Below the pieces are notes generated by a model. It was not told the DNA's origin and did no database searches. It saw only the letters and a program-made list of their open reading frames with translations. A program made the translations under genes and the position numbers. From Bacteroidaceae bacterium (lineage in GTDB: Bacteria > Bacteroidota > Bacteroidia > Bacteroidales > Bacteroidaceae), in contig JAKSLO010000001.1 of assembly GCA_024401185.1 (NCBI GenBank), forward strand, positions 2,032 to 66,031: 64,000 nucleotides of DNA, given 5' to 3'. Below, piece after piece: positions 51,990 to 62,571 of this stretch; position 1 is the first letter of the stretch; every line of letters begins with the position of its first letter.

Positions 51990-53114
51990 ATGAAGTTTAC
52001 CGTATCAAGTTCGGCTTTATACAGCCACCTTTCCGCAGCAAGCAAGGTAATGGGTTCGAAAAACTCCATGCCCATCCTCGATTGTTTTCTGCTGAACATC
52101 AGAGACAACAAGATAAGCATTACCGCAAGCGATAGCGAGAAGTATTTCATCACAGGAATCGATGTCATCGACATGACAGAAAACGCCATGTTCTGTGTTC
52201 CTGCCAAGACTATCATGGATTCCATCAAGGAACTGGCTGAACAGCCCATTACGTTCGAGTACATTCCCGAAACCCACGAACTGATAGGTTTTCACCAAAG
52301 CGGAACTTTCAGCATCATGAGTATGGATGCCGAGCCTTTCCCCCTGCAGGGCAACATCAACCCTGAGGCTACCACACTGACAATGTCTGCAGAGACTTTG
52401 CTTAATGGCATCAACCGTTGCTTGTTCGCCACCGCTAACGACGAGATTCGCCTGGTAATGACAGGTATCTTCATCGACATAAAGCCCGACCACATTATCT
52501 TTGCTGGTACCGACGGCCGTAAGTTGGTTCGTTGCATCAACCGCAACGTACAACCTGGCTACGAAGGTGGTTTCATCCTGCCCAAGAAAGTGGCAAGCAT
52601 CCTGAAGAACGTCATTGGCCGCGACGCTGCCGATGTCATCATACACTACGATGCAGAGAAGGCTATCATCCAGTCAGCTGACTTCGAGCTTTATTTCCGC
52701 CTCATCGAAGGTCGTTACCCCAACTATAACGCAGTAATCCCCTCAAACAACCCCTACCAGGCAACCGTGGACCGTTCGGCTTTGATTGGTGCCTTGAAGC
52801 GTGTCAGTGTATTCTGCAACCAGAGCAGCGGCCTCATGAAGGTTCATCTGGAAAACAACCTGATGAAGTTGACAGGACAGGACAACGACTACTCTACCTC
52901 TGCAGAGGAGAATCTGTACTGCGAATACAACAACTCACCCATCAGCGTGGGATTCAGTTGCCAGTTTATGCTGGAAATCGCAGCCATCCTCGACTTCGAG
53001 AGTCTGACATTGCAGTTGGCAGATCCCAGTCGTCCTGGCATCATTGTGCCCGCAGTACAGGAGGAGAACGAAGAGGTGCTGATGCTGCTCATGCCTATGA
53101 TGCTGAACGACTAA
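51990..53114 (+). CDS. dnaN: DNA polymerase III beta sliding clamp
   Basis: 375 aa from MKFTVSSSAL. It has the three-domain clamp pattern and ends ..LLMPMMLND. Confidence 0.9.
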   Translation: MKFTVSSSALYSHLSAASKVMGSKNSMPILDCFLLNIRDNKISITASDSEKYFITGIDVIDMTENAMFCVPAKTIMDSIKELAEQPITFEYIPETHELIGFHQSGTFSIMSMDAEPFPLQGNINPEATTLTMSAETLLNGINRCLFATANDEIRLVMTGIFIDIKPDHIIFAGTDGRKLVRCINRNVQPGYEGGFILPKKVASILKNVIGRDAADVIIHYDAEKAIIQSADFELYFRLIEGRYPNYNAVIPSNNPYQATVDRSALIGALKRVSVFCNQSSGLMKVHLENNLMKLTGQDNDYSTSAEENLYCEYNNSPISVGFSCQFMLEIAAILDFESLTLQLADPSRPGIIVPAVQEENEEVLMLLMPMMLND

Positions 53115-53162
53115 GCATAGTTGCACGATTTGGATTGAAATCCAAATAACATGTCTGTTTCT

Positions 53163-53306
53163 ACAACGGAAAAAACGGAATAACTAAAGGAAAATCTATC
53201 TCCCCGAATTTGCGGTCAGTTTACAGTTCACAAATACTGAGACCATAATTCTTTGCAAATTCTATCTACCCGGGATTTTAGAAAAAGAATCCGTTTTTTC
53301 CGTTGT
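53163..53306. repeat. 17-bp perfect inverted repeat flanking 110 bp
   Basis: ACAACGGAAAAAACGGA (53163-53179) pairs with TCCGTTTTTTCCGTTGT (53290-53306). An internal direct repeat is TCTATCTcCCCG / TCTATCTaCCCG. Confidence 0.9.
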
Positions 53307-53325
53307 TCAATAATGTATAGTAACA

Positions 53326-54096
53326 ATGAAACTGAATCTGAAGAACCCAATCATATTCTTTGACCTCGAAACCACAGGACTCGACATTGCAAAAGACCGC
53401 ATTGTGGAATTGTGCTACATCAAAGTAGAAACCAATGGAAATGAGGAAAGTCGCTCTATGCGCATCAACCCAACCATCCACATTCCCGAGGCATCCAGCG
53501 CCATCCACGGCATCTACGACTCAGACGTACAAGACTGCCCCACCTTCAAGGAAGTAGCTGCCACCCTGGCAACCACGTTCAAAGGATGTGACTTGGCAGG
53601 CTTTAACTCCAACCGATTTGACATTCCCGTGCTGGTAGAGGAATTTATGAGAGCAGGCGTATTGCTCGACCTCAGCAAGCGTAAGTTCGTAGATGTGCAG
53701 AACATCTACCACAAGCTTGAGCGCCGCACGCTGATAGCCGCCTACAAATACTACTGTGGCAAGGATCTGGAAAACGCACATAGTGCCTTAGCCGACACAC
53801 GTGCCACCTATGAGGTGCTATTGGCACAGCTTGAGAAGTACCCCAACGAACTGAAAAACGACATCTCATTCCTGGCAGACTACAGCAAAATGACCAACAA
53901 CGTGGACTTTGCCGGACGCTTGATATACAACGATAAAGGCGAGGAGGTCATCAATTTCGGCAAATACAAGGGAAAGCTGGTCAAAGATATTTTTAACACA
54001 GATCCCAGTTACTATGCGTGGGTACAAAACGCAGACTTCTCGCTTAATACAAAATATGTATTCACCCAGTTGAGATTGAAATATGCTTCAAGGTAA
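53326..54096 (+). CDS. DEDDh 3'-5' exonuclease (DnaQ/epsilon-like)
   Basis: Exo I FFDLETTGL, Exo II GFNSNRFDIPVL and Exo III HSALADTRATYEV. Confidence 0.85.
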   Translation: MKLNLKNPIIFFDLETTGLDIAKDRIVELCYIKVETNGNEESRSMRINPTIHIPEASSAIHGIYDSDVQDCPTFKEVAATLATTFKGCDLAGFNSNRFDIPVLVEEFMRAGVLLDLSKRKFVDVQNIYHKLERRTLIAAYKYYCGKDLENAHSALADTRATYEVLLAQLEKYPNELKNDISFLADYSKMTNNVDFAGRLIYNDKGEEVINFGKYKGKLVKDIFNTDPSYYAWVQNADFSLNTKYVFTQLRLKYASR

Positions 54097-55291
54097 GAAA
54101 ATAGTTCTTGGAATCACAGGCAGCATTGCTGCCTACAAGGCATGCCTGCTCATCAGAGGGCTTATCAAGCAAGGAGCTGAGGTACAAGTGGTCATCACAC
54201 CTGCCGGCAAGGAGTTCATCACCCCTCTTACACTCAGCACGCTGACACACAAACCCGTAGTGAGCGAGTTCTTTTCAAGGGCAGATGGAAGCTGGAACAG
54301 CCACGTGGACCTTGGACTATGGGCAGACGCCATGGTGATTGCACCTGCCACAGCCAGCACCATAGGCAAGATGGCTAATGGCATAGCCGACAACATGCTC
54401 ATCACAACCTATCTGAGCATGAAGGCACCCGTCTTTGTGGCTCCTGCCATGGATCTCGACATGTACGCACACCCCAGCACACAGAAGAACCTGCAGACGC
54501 TCATCTCATACGGCAACCATATCATAGAACCCGGAACGGGATTCCTGGCCAGCAAGTTGGAGGGAAAGGGACGCATGGAAGAGCCAGAGAAGATCATCGA
54601 GGTACTTGATGACTTCTTTGAAGAGAAAGACCTAAAGGGCCAGAGAGTATTGATTACGGCAGGACCCACGTATGAAAAACTCGACCCCGTGCGCTTCATC
54701 GGCAACTACTCAAGTGGCAAGATGGGCATAGCCCTGGCCGAAGAATGCGCCAAGAAAGGAGCTGAAGTGGAACTGGTATGCGGTCCTGTTAGCATCAAGG
54801 CCAAGCACCCCAACATACACCTTACCAGCGTGGAAAGCGCCCAGCAAATGTATGAGGCAGCCACAAGCATCTACCCCAATTGCCAGATAGGAGTGCTATG
54901 TGCTGCCGTGGCTGACTTTACGCCAACCAACGTGGCCGACAACAAGATAAAGAGAGAAGCCCTTGCTGAAAAGGAAGGTGAATTGGTATTGCATCTTCAG
55001 CCCACAAAGGACATTGCAAAAGCCATTGGACAGATGAAGAAAGAAGGACAGTTGCTGGTTGGCTTTGCCTTGGAGACAAACGACGAGAAGGCTCATGCAC
55101 AGGAGAAACTTGTCAAGAAGAATCTCGACTTCATCGTGATGAACTCGCTGAGAGACGAGGGAGCAGGTTTTCGCCATGACACCAACAAGATAAGCATCAT
55201 CTCGGCCAACGACATCAAGGAGTTCCCCTTGAAGAGCAAGACGGAAGTGGCCACGGACATTATTAACGAACTTGTAAAACGATTAGGATAA
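54083..55291 (+). CDS. coaBC: Phosphopantothenoylcysteine decarboxylase / synthetase
   Basis: Flavoprotein start GITGSIAAYK and the DFP domain ITAGPTYEKLDPVRFIGNYSSGKMG. Confidence 0.9.
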   Translation: MLQGKKIVLGITGSIAAYKACLLIRGLIKQGAEVQVVITPAGKEFITPLTLSTLTHKPVVSEFFSRADGSWNSHVDLGLWADAMVIAPATASTIGKMANGIADNMLITTYLSMKAPVFVAPAMDLDMYAHPSTQKNLQTLISYGNHIIEPGTGFLASKLEGKGRMEEPEKIIEVLDDFFEEKDLKGQRVLITAGPTYEKLDPVRFIGNYSSGKMGIALAEECAKKGAEVELVCGPVSIKAKHPNIHLTSVESAQQMYEAATSIYPNCQIGVLCAAVADFTPTNVADNKIKREALAEKEGELVLHLQPTKDIAKAIGQMKKEGQLLVGFALETNDEKAHAQEKLVKKNLDFIVMNSLRDEGAGFRHDTNKISIISANDIKEFPLKSKTEVATDIINELVKRLG

Positions 55292-56197
55292 GTGGCAAAG
55301 AAGTTCCTTGTCATATTCATGATGTTCCTGGGATTCAACTACACTCATGCCCAGGAGATAGAGGCCAAGGTCTCTATCAACCATCAGCAAGTGGGTAACA
55401 CCACTCGCACCGACGTGTTTGAGGCTTTGCAAGAGAAAGTGCAGAACTTCCTCAACGAACGTGCGTGGACGGGAATGCACTACCGTGAGTCGGAACGCAT
55501 ACAATGCAATATGGGTATTACCGTAAATTCCTACAGCGATACCGACAACTCGTTGAAGTGCTCCATGCTGCTTACAGTCAGCCGACCTGTATTCAACAGC
55601 AGTTATACCACCACAACGTACTCGGTAAAGGACGGAAATTTCAACTTTACTTTCCAGCCCACGGATCAGCTTGAGTTTGCAGGTACCGACAGAATGGACA
55701 ATAACCTGGTGGCATTGCTGGCCTATTATGCCTACATGATAATAGGCTATGACATGGACAGCATGGCTCCCTTGGGTGGCACACAGATGTTTCACACCGC
55801 CGAAGACATCGTGTCGAGCGCAGAGAGTCTGGGCTACCCTGGATGGAAAGCCTTTGATGACAGCAAGAACAGATTTGCCCTTCTGAATGACCTGATGGAT
55901 GGTGCTATGGAACCCTATCGCCAACTCATCTACAAATACCATCGTGAAGGACTTGATCAAATGGCAGAGAATAGTGACAGCGGACGTGAAGCCATTGCTG
56001 AAGCCATCGGTCTGCTAAACGAGGCACATGAGGCAAAGACCATGAGTCAGTTGCCCCAACTCTTCACGGAATACAAGCGCGAGGAACTGGTTAACATCTT
56101 CACTAAGAAGGGAAGCAACCAGGAGCGTGAAACCATATATAATATATTAATAGGTATAGATCCCTCACAAAGCAATAACTGGGACAAGATAAAATAG
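55292..56197 (+). CDS. DUF4835-family protein
   Basis: Signal peptide, then EAKVSINHQQV..RTDVFEALQ. It occupies the conserved slot between coaBC and recN in Bacteroidetes. The start is GTG. Confidence 0.7.
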   Translation: MAKKFLVIFMMFLGFNYTHAQEIEAKVSINHQQVGNTTRTDVFEALQEKVQNFLNERAWTGMHYRESERIQCNMGITVNSYSDTDNSLKCSMLLTVSRPVFNSSYTTTTYSVKDGNFNFTFQPTDQLEFAGTDRMDNNLVALLAYYAYMIIGYDMDSMAPLGGTQMFHTAEDIVSSAESLGYPGWKAFDDSKNRFALLNDLMDGAMEPYRQLIYKYHREGLDQMAENSDSGREAIAEAIGLLNEAHEAKTMSQLPQLFTEYKREELVNIFTKKGSNQERETIYNILIGIDPSQSNNWDKIK

Positions 56198-56201
56198 ACT
56201 C

Positions 56202-57869
56202 ATGCTTCAACATCTATATATTCAGAACTACGCACTCATCGAAGAACTCGACATCGACATCGAGCAGGGGTTCTCGGTTATCACGGGTGAGACAGGTGCC
56301 GGTAAGTCTATCTTACTGGGTGCCATTGGCTTGTTGATTGGACAGAGAGCCGACATCAAATCCATACGACAAGGGGCGCAGAAGTGCATCATTGAAGCCA
56401 CCTTCAACATCTGCAACTATAACCTCAAAGATCTCTTTGACGAGATTGACATTGAATACGACCCGACAGAGTGCATCATACGACGCGAGTTGTCTGCCAA
56501 CGGAAAGAGCAGAGCCTTCATCAACGACACACCAGCAGGAGTCAATGCGCTGAAGACATTGGGTGACCATCTTATAGACATTCACTCACAGCACCAGAAT
56601 CTTCTGCTTGGAAAGGAGGACTTTCAACTAAACGTGCTTGACCTCCTGGCACACAATCAGGAAGACAAGGAGAAGTATGCCAGCTTGTATGCCGCATACA
56701 AAGACACAAAGAAAGCTTTGGAGGATGCTAAGGAAGCCTCAGAGAAGGTGCAATCGGAACAAGACTACCTCACCTTCCAGTTGGAGCAACTCACCGAGGC
56801 CAACCTTCAGGAAGGTGAAGACGAAGAACTGGAGAAGGAACAGCAAACGCTGGAGCACGCTGAAGAAATCAAGACGGCATTGTTCCAAGCAAAAGACATA
56901 CTGAATGCAGACGGAAACAGCGTCATACAAGCCATCAGAACTGCACAAAACCGACTGGAAGGAATTGCGCACGTATTTACAGAAGCATCGGAACTGGCAT
57001 CGCGACTTGAAAGCTGCAGAATCGAGCTCAAGGATGTGGCCAGTGAAGTAGAAGGCGAAGCAGAAGACATTGAGTACAATCCTGCACGACAAGCCTTTGT
57101 GGAAGAACGACTCAGCCTCATCTACGAATTAGAACGTAAACATCATGTTGAGAGTGTAGAGCAACTAATCAACCTTACCCAGGAATTGCAGGAAAAGCTT
57201 GACGGCATCAACCATAGCGAAGAAAACATCCTCAAGCTTGAAGCAAAACTCAAGGAACTTGAGAATAAGACGATGGAACAGGCTCTACGACTATCAAAGC
57301 AAAGAAGCAAGGCTGCCACAGAAGTGGAGAAGGCAATGTGCGAGAAACTCATACCTCTCGGCATAGCCAATGTACAGTTCAAGGTTGACATTGAGAAACG
57401 TGACACCTTCGATGCCACGGGAATCGACAAGGTGACCTATCTCTTCAGCGCCAACAAGAATGGGGCATTACAACCCATCTCACAAGTAGCCAGTGGTGGC
57501 GAGATTGCCCGTGTCATGCTGAGCCTAAAGGCACTCATCAGCAGCGCGGCCAGCCTGCCTACCATCATCTTTGACGAAATCGATACAGGAGTAAGTGGAC
57601 ACATTGCCGAACGTATGGCCCTTATCATGAAAGAGATGGGAGAAGAACACGGAAGGCAGGTTATCAGCATCACTCACCTACCCCAGATTGCGGCAATGGG
57701 AAAGAACCATTACAGAGTATATAAAGAAGACAACGACGATGCCACCAACAGCCACATTGTGCAGCTCTCGGTGGAAGAACGCATCGAGGAAATTGCCAAA
57801 ATGATGAGTGGTTCCACCTTGACCGAAGCTGCTTTGAGCAATGCCAAGACGCTTTTGTCAATCAGTTGA
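56202..57869 (+). CDS. recN: DNA repair protein RecN
   Basis: Walker A GETGAGKS, a long coiled coil, signature SGGE, and Walker B IIFDEID. Confidence 0.95.
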   Translation: MLQHLYIQNYALIEELDIDIEQGFSVITGETGAGKSILLGAIGLLIGQRADIKSIRQGAQKCIIEATFNICNYNLKDLFDEIDIEYDPTECIIRRELSANGKSRAFINDTPAGVNALKTLGDHLIDIHSQHQNLLLGKEDFQLNVLDLLAHNQEDKEKYASLYAAYKDTKKALEDAKEASEKVQSEQDYLTFQLEQLTEANLQEGEDEELEKEQQTLEHAEEIKTALFQAKDILNADGNSVIQAIRTAQNRLEGIAHVFTEASELASRLESCRIELKDVASEVEGEAEDIEYNPARQAFVEERLSLIYELERKHHVESVEQLINLTQELQEKLDGINHSEENILKLEAKLKELENKTMEQALRLSKQRSKAATEVEKAMCEKLIPLGIANVQFKVDIEKRDTFDATGIDKVTYLFSANKNGALQPISQVASGGEIARVMLSLKALISSAASLPTIIFDEIDTGVSGHIAERMALIMKEMGEEHGRQVISITHLPQIAAMGKNHYRVYKEDNDDATNSHIVQLSVEERIEEIAKMMSGSTLTEAALSNAKTLLSIS

Positions 57870-57977
57870 AGCTTTGAATAACCCAGGCTTACTAATTGAG
57901 TACGTCCCTGGGGCTATGCCGTTTCAGGGAAGTACAAATAAAAAAAGAATTTTTAAAACAAAAAAAGACATATTTCA

Positions 57978-59666
57978 ATGAAAATAAAATTATTATTGTC
58001 CTTATTCTGCATAATAGGCTCTTTTGCCACAACTTTCGCCCAAAACCCCAAATGGTTCAAGAAAGCCAGAAAGATACAGCTAACCATCATCACCACCGAT
58101 GAAAAGGGTGCGGTTAACCAAGGTCAGGGATTCTTCGTCAACGAGACGGGAACCGTATTTGCAGAATATGACCTGATGAAATCTGCCACAAAGGCCACAG
58201 CTGTTGATGCTGAAGGCAAGGAGTACGACATTACCCACATCCTGGGTGCCAATTCGCTATACAATGTCGTCAAATTGGAGACTAACAATCACAAGGCTAA
58301 CACCATGCCCATTGCCAGCGCAGCATCAAAAGAGAACGACCTGGTGTACATCATGCCTATTTGTAGCAATGACAAAAAAGCTGTCTGCATTATCGACACC
58401 ATTAAGCAGGTGCAAGAGTTTGGCGACGACAAGCAGCATGCCTATTACAGTCTTTCATCTCCCCTTGAATCACGTTATTCAGGTTGTCCTGTGTTCAACG
58501 CCAATGGCGAGATTCTTGGCCATGTTCAGATGCCTGCCGGTGACAACACAAAGCCTGCCTTTGTCATGAGTACCACCTATGGCAATTCACTAAGCATCAA
58601 TGTGCTTGACATCAACAACAACGACCTTAAAAACATCTACATCGCCAAGGCTTTGCCCACCGAAGAGTCACAGGCAACCTCGTACATACTACTTGTCAAC
58701 AGGCAAGACAAAACAGCCTACATGCAAATACTTAATGAGTTTGTGACCAAATTCCCCAACAATCACATAGGCTATACCCAGTTGGCTGAAGCACTTGTGG
58801 GTGACAACAAATACAAGGAGGCAGAGGAAATCTATGCCAAGGCTCTTCAGATGAACACAGGCCATGATGACGAAATACATCATTCATTTGCCACCCAACT
58901 CTATCAAGCTGGTTTGCAAGAGAAAGAGCCCGCTGAGGGATGGAACATGGAACATGCGCTGAAAGAGGCACAAACAGCCTATGCATGCAACAACCAACCA
59001 CTTTATACAGCCTTAGAGGGCATGTGCCTCTACGCAATGAAGCAATACGAGGCATCCTGCGAGAAGTTTTTGCAGATGGGTAGCACCAACATGCGATCTG
59101 CAGAATATTTCCTTTATGCATCACAATGCAAGCAAATGATGAAGGCTCCCACAGAGGAAATCCTTGCCATGCAGGATAGTGCAGTCAACTGCTATACTAA
59201 ACCTTATCCCAAAGAGGCAACCACAGCCCTTTACCTCCGTGCCAAGACACTGGCATCGCTCAATCGTAACCGCGAAGCCGTGAACGACATGAACGAATAC
59301 GAGCACATTCTCTCCGGACGTGTCAACGATGCAGCTTTCTATTATGAGCGTGAACAGCTTGAGATGCAATGCCGTATGTTTGCTGCTGCACTTACCGACA
59401 TAGAGAATGCCGTAAGACTTCAACCCCAAGATGCATTACTCCGTGCAGAAGAGGCTGTAGTAAATTACAGAATAGGCGAAATCGACCAAGCCATTGCAGC
59501 CGCCAACGAGGCTATTCGTATTGACGAGAAATTCCCCGACCCATATCGCATTCTGGGCATCTGTCTAAACGAGAAAGGCAAAAAAGCCGAAGCCAAAAAG
59601 GCATTGGAGAAAGCCAAGGAACTGGGTGACACAATGGCTCAGTCCGTGCTCGACAAAATCAAGTAA
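57978..59666 (+). CDS. Secreted protein with trypsin-like N-terminal domain and TPR repeats
   Basis: Signal peptide, RYSGCPVFNANGEILG (GDSGGP-like), and a C-terminal TPR helical array. Confidence 0.65.
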   Translation: MKIKLLLSLFCIIGSFATTFAQNPKWFKKARKIQLTIITTDEKGAVNQGQGFFVNETGTVFAEYDLMKSATKATAVDAEGKEYDITHILGANSLYNVVKLETNNHKANTMPIASAASKENDLVYIMPICSNDKKAVCIIDTIKQVQEFGDDKQHAYYSLSSPLESRYSGCPVFNANGEILGHVQMPAGDNTKPAFVMSTTYGNSLSINVLDINNNDLKNIYIAKALPTEESQATSYILLVNRQDKTAYMQILNEFVTKFPNNHIGYTQLAEALVGDNKYKEAEEIYAKALQMNTGHDDEIHHSFATQLYQAGLQEKEPAEGWNMEHALKEAQTAYACNNQPLYTALEGMCLYAMKQYEASCEKFLQMGSTNMRSAEYFLYASQCKQMMKAPTEEILAMQDSAVNCYTKPYPKEATTALYLRAKTLASLNRNREAVNDMNEYEHILSGRVNDAAFYYEREQLEMQCRMFAAALTDIENAVRLQPQDALLRAEEAVVNYRIGEIDQAIAAANEAIRIDEKFPDPYRILGICLNEKGKKAEAKKALEKAKELGDTMAQSVLDKIK

Positions 59667-59767
59667 GTTTTGCCACTTTGGGTCAGTTTTGCAACATCTT
59701 CGTTCCAAATAGCACACAATTCGTAAAAAATCTTATAGTAAGTAACGCAAATTCAAATAAAAATATC

Positions 59768-59775
59768 TAAATTTG
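59768..59775 (+). promoter_or_regulatory. -7 box upstream of the LruC-like gene
   Basis: TAAATTTG about 150 nt upstream of the ATG. Confidence 0.45.
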
Positions 59776-59927
59776 CAACGGATTTCATTAGTAGCTCTTC
59801 GTAGAAGATGATACAAATTGAGTTTCTACATCAGCCATCCTACCCTAACAGCCAGGGAAATTGACCGATTGTAGATTATAAAAAAAGAGATTAATTAACC
59901 CATTTTGGATAACAAATTTTAAAGACA

Positions 59928-61139
59928 ATGAAGAAACTGAAATTATTTGCAGCTTGCGGAGCAGCAACATTAGGTTTGACCTTCACTTCATGTAACAATG
60001 ACGACTACAAGTTTGACCCCAACTATGAGGCAGAATTGAAGAAGTCACAGTTTGATGTAGCTTTTACCCAGCGATATGGTGAAGTAGGTGCAAATCAGAA
60101 CTGGGGTTTTGACAACATTCCCTGCATTGAGACTCAGGAGACCAGAGCTTCTTTCCCCAATTCTAACGAGTGGGAGAACATCTACAAACTCAATGTTCCC
60201 AAAGCTATAACCCAGTTCGAGGCTGACTACGTTTACAATTACTTTAAGAATATCGAATCCAACGTCCGTTCAATCGACTTGCACTACACCGACTTTTTCG
60301 TACAGCACGTATGGAAGGGTACTGAGGCCTACAAGGATGGTTACAATCAGGATGTAATAGGCGGTGACCAGATGGACTACATCATCCTTGACGAGGATCA
60401 TGGTTACAACTTCAACAGTACAACCAACCTTACCAACGATGGTAGCATGTATGTTATGGACGGCAGCACAAAGAAGTTTGGTTATCACAACAGCCGCGAT
60501 AGCAAAAACCACTACGAGTACCTGTGCCTCGCTATTGATGTTCCCGGTATCGGTGTTGGTTACTATGTAGGTTTTGACTTCTATGCTAATGGCGAGGAGA
60601 AGAATATGCAGGTTGAGTGCGACGGCATTTACACCGACTGGATTGTCAAGATTGTCCCCGGACAGTATGGCAATGCTAAGCGCATCATGTGTGAGGACCT
60701 TGGTACAACCGACGACTTTGACTTCAATGATGTAGTATTCGATGTTTACATCAACTACAATGAGTACTGGCATGGCAACGACTTTGGTGTAATTACACTC
60801 CGTGCTGCCGGTGGTACTATCCCCTTGTATGTTGATGGTAAGGAGGTTCACGAGATGTTCGGCGTAAGTACTGGTACCATGGTTAACACCGGTGCTGGTG
60901 CAGAAAGACCCGCAGTACAGTGGCGCTTTACTCCTAAGAGTGCAAATCCCAACGATGTAGAGATTAAGGTTGTGAAGGACGCTGTCACCTACACCCTCTC
61001 TGCTCCCACTGGCAAGGTTCCCTACAAGATTGCTGTTCCCGTAACCGTTGACTGGACTGAGGAAAGACAGCAGATCGAAGAGAAGTATCCTGCTTTCAAG
61101 GAGTGGGTAAAGGATGCTAACAAGCCTTTCTGGAAGTAA
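59928..61139 (+). CDS. LruC/DUF4842-like lipoprotein
   Basis: Lipobox FTSCNNDD. CEDLGTTDDFDFNDVVFDV resembles the FEDxWPxxGDYDFNDxV core of LruC-domain proteins. Confidence 0.65.
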   Translation: MKKLKLFAACGAATLGLTFTSCNNDDYKFDPNYEAELKKSQFDVAFTQRYGEVGANQNWGFDNIPCIETQETRASFPNSNEWENIYKLNVPKAITQFEADYVYNYFKNIESNVRSIDLHYTDFFVQHVWKGTEAYKDGYNQDVIGGDQMDYIILDEDHGYNFNSTTNLTNDGSMYVMDGSTKKFGYHNSRDSKNHYEYLCLAIDVPGIGVGYYVGFDFYANGEEKNMQVECDGIYTDWIVKIVPGQYGNAKRIMCEDLGTTDDFDFNDVVFDVYINYNEYWHGNDFGVITLRAAGGTIPLYVDGKEVHEMFGVSTGTMVNTGAGAERPAVQWRFTPKSANPNDVEIKVVKDAVTYTLSAPTGKVPYKIAVPVTVDWTEERQQIEEKYPAFKEWVKDANKPFWK

Positions 61140-61176
61140 GCACTATTGAGCAAAATGCCTGCAAAGCAATATAATA

Positions 61177-61218
61177 AAATCTGCTTTCGTTCGAAAGAAT
61201 GGAAGCAGATTTGTTTTT
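61177..61218 (+). terminator. Rho-independent terminator
   Basis: AAATCTGCTT / AAGCAGATTT perfect 10-bp stem followed by GTTTTT. Confidence 0.75.
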
Positions 61219-61273
61219 AGTCACATAAAAGCGAATATTTACCAAGAAAGTATCGGGAATAACATTTTTTTCG

Positions 61274-61281
61274 TACATTTG
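61274..61281 (+). promoter_or_regulatory. -7 box upstream of tilS
   Basis: TACATTTG 24 nt upstream of the ATG. Confidence 0.5.
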
Positions 61282-61304
61282 TAACGGAAACCCTTAGAAG
61301 CATC

Positions 61305-62543
61305 ATGAAGAGTACATTACCCAGAATAGTTGAACAAACCATCAGAAAGCACACACTCTTGTCGGCACACGACAAGGTATTGGTGGCACTAAGTGGTGGA
61401 GCCGACTCTGTGGCTCTGCTTAGAGTAATGCACGACTTAGGATACAACACAGAGGCTCTTCATTGTAACTTTCACCTTCGAGGCGATGAGTCTGACCGCG
61501 ATGAGAAGTTCGTCACCAAGCTTTGCCATGAGAGAGGCATCCCTCTCCACATACGGCACTTTGACACTCAAGGCTATGCCAAAGAAAAGAAGGTAAGCAT
61601 TGAGATGGCTGCCCGTGAACTGCGCTACGCATGGTTCGAAGAGATGTTGCAAGAGCGAGATGCCCATGCCATTTGTGTAGCACATCACCAGAAAGACCAA
61701 GCCGAGACGCTTTTGCTTAACCTGATACGAGGAACTGGCATACGTGGGTTGGCTGGAATGCACTACCAAAACGGGCACATCATCCGCCCCCTACTTGATG
61801 CCACAAAGGAAGAAGTTGAAACCTACCTGCACGATATTCAGCAAGACTGGGTGGATGACAGCACAAACTTTGAACGTGATGCCTTACGCAATCGCATCCG
61901 TCTGGATGTACTTCCCTTGTTGCAGCAGCTTAATCCGCAAGCCATACACAACCTTGCCAAGACGGCAGAGCACATGCAAGAGACACTCTGCATCTACGAA
62001 CGTGGACTTTGCCAACAAAAAACAACAACAATGACTTTCAAGTTCAAGACAGAACTTCACGAAGCGCTGTTGGGCTGTGGATTCAACGCCACACAGGAAG
62101 ATAACATCTGGGAAGGCAAGACGGGAAGCATCGTTGAGTCTTCCACTCACAGGTTGCTGAAAGACCACGATCAGTATATTCTAAGAACCAAGCAAGAGGA
62201 GGCTAAGGTCCCCGTCCTTACGACAAACATCCTGGAACGCAGTCAACTGACAAAGATGCAAAAGGGATGCATCTACCTTGACAACGAGAAGGTGAAGCAG
62301 CCTCTCTCCATACGTAAGACAAAGGCAGGCGACCGCTTCACCCCTTTTGGCATGAAAGGTACGAAACTTGTTAGCGACCTATTGACCGACCTGAAGCTGA
62401 ATCGTTTTGAGAAGGAGGACCAATACGTGCTGACCGATGGAGAGGATCAGATTCTTTGGGTCATCGGACGAAGGGCGTCCAATCTTTACCGTGTAACGGA
62501 TCACACACGTCAAGTCCTCGTCATCGAGACAGAACACACATAA
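61305..62543 (+). CDS. tilS: tRNA(Ile)-lysidine synthetase
   Basis: PP-loop VLVALSGGADSVALL and the TilS substrate domains. Confidence 0.9.
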   Translation: MKSTLPRIVEQTIRKHTLLSAHDKVLVALSGGADSVALLRVMHDLGYNTEALHCNFHLRGDESDRDEKFVTKLCHERGIPLHIRHFDTQGYAKEKKVSIEMAARELRYAWFEEMLQERDAHAICVAHHQKDQAETLLLNLIRGTGIRGLAGMHYQNGHIIRPLLDATKEEVETYLHDIQQDWVDDSTNFERDALRNRIRLDVLPLLQQLNPQAIHNLAKTAEHMQETLCIYERGLCQQKTTTMTFKFKTELHEALLGCGFNATQEDNIWEGKTGSIVESSTHRLLKDHDQYILRTKQEEAKVPVLTTNILERSQLTKMQKGCIYLDNEKVKQPLSIRKTKAGDRFTPFGMKGTKLVSDLLTDLKLNRFEKEDQYVLTDGEDQILWVIGRRASNLYRVTDHTRQVLVIETEHT

Positions 62544-62571
62544 GTTCACATTAAAAGTCACACTAATATCT

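Noticed and set aside
53128-53147. ATTTGGAT-tgaa-ATCCAAAT hairpin as the dnaN terminator
   Set aside because: It is a perfect 8-bp stem, but AT-rich and with no T-run after it. I could not support calling it a terminator.
59801-59829. GTAGAA / TTCTAC hairpin in the leader of the LruC-like gene as a link to the island iterons
   Set aside because: It is a single 6-bp match far from the island, which is compatible with chance.
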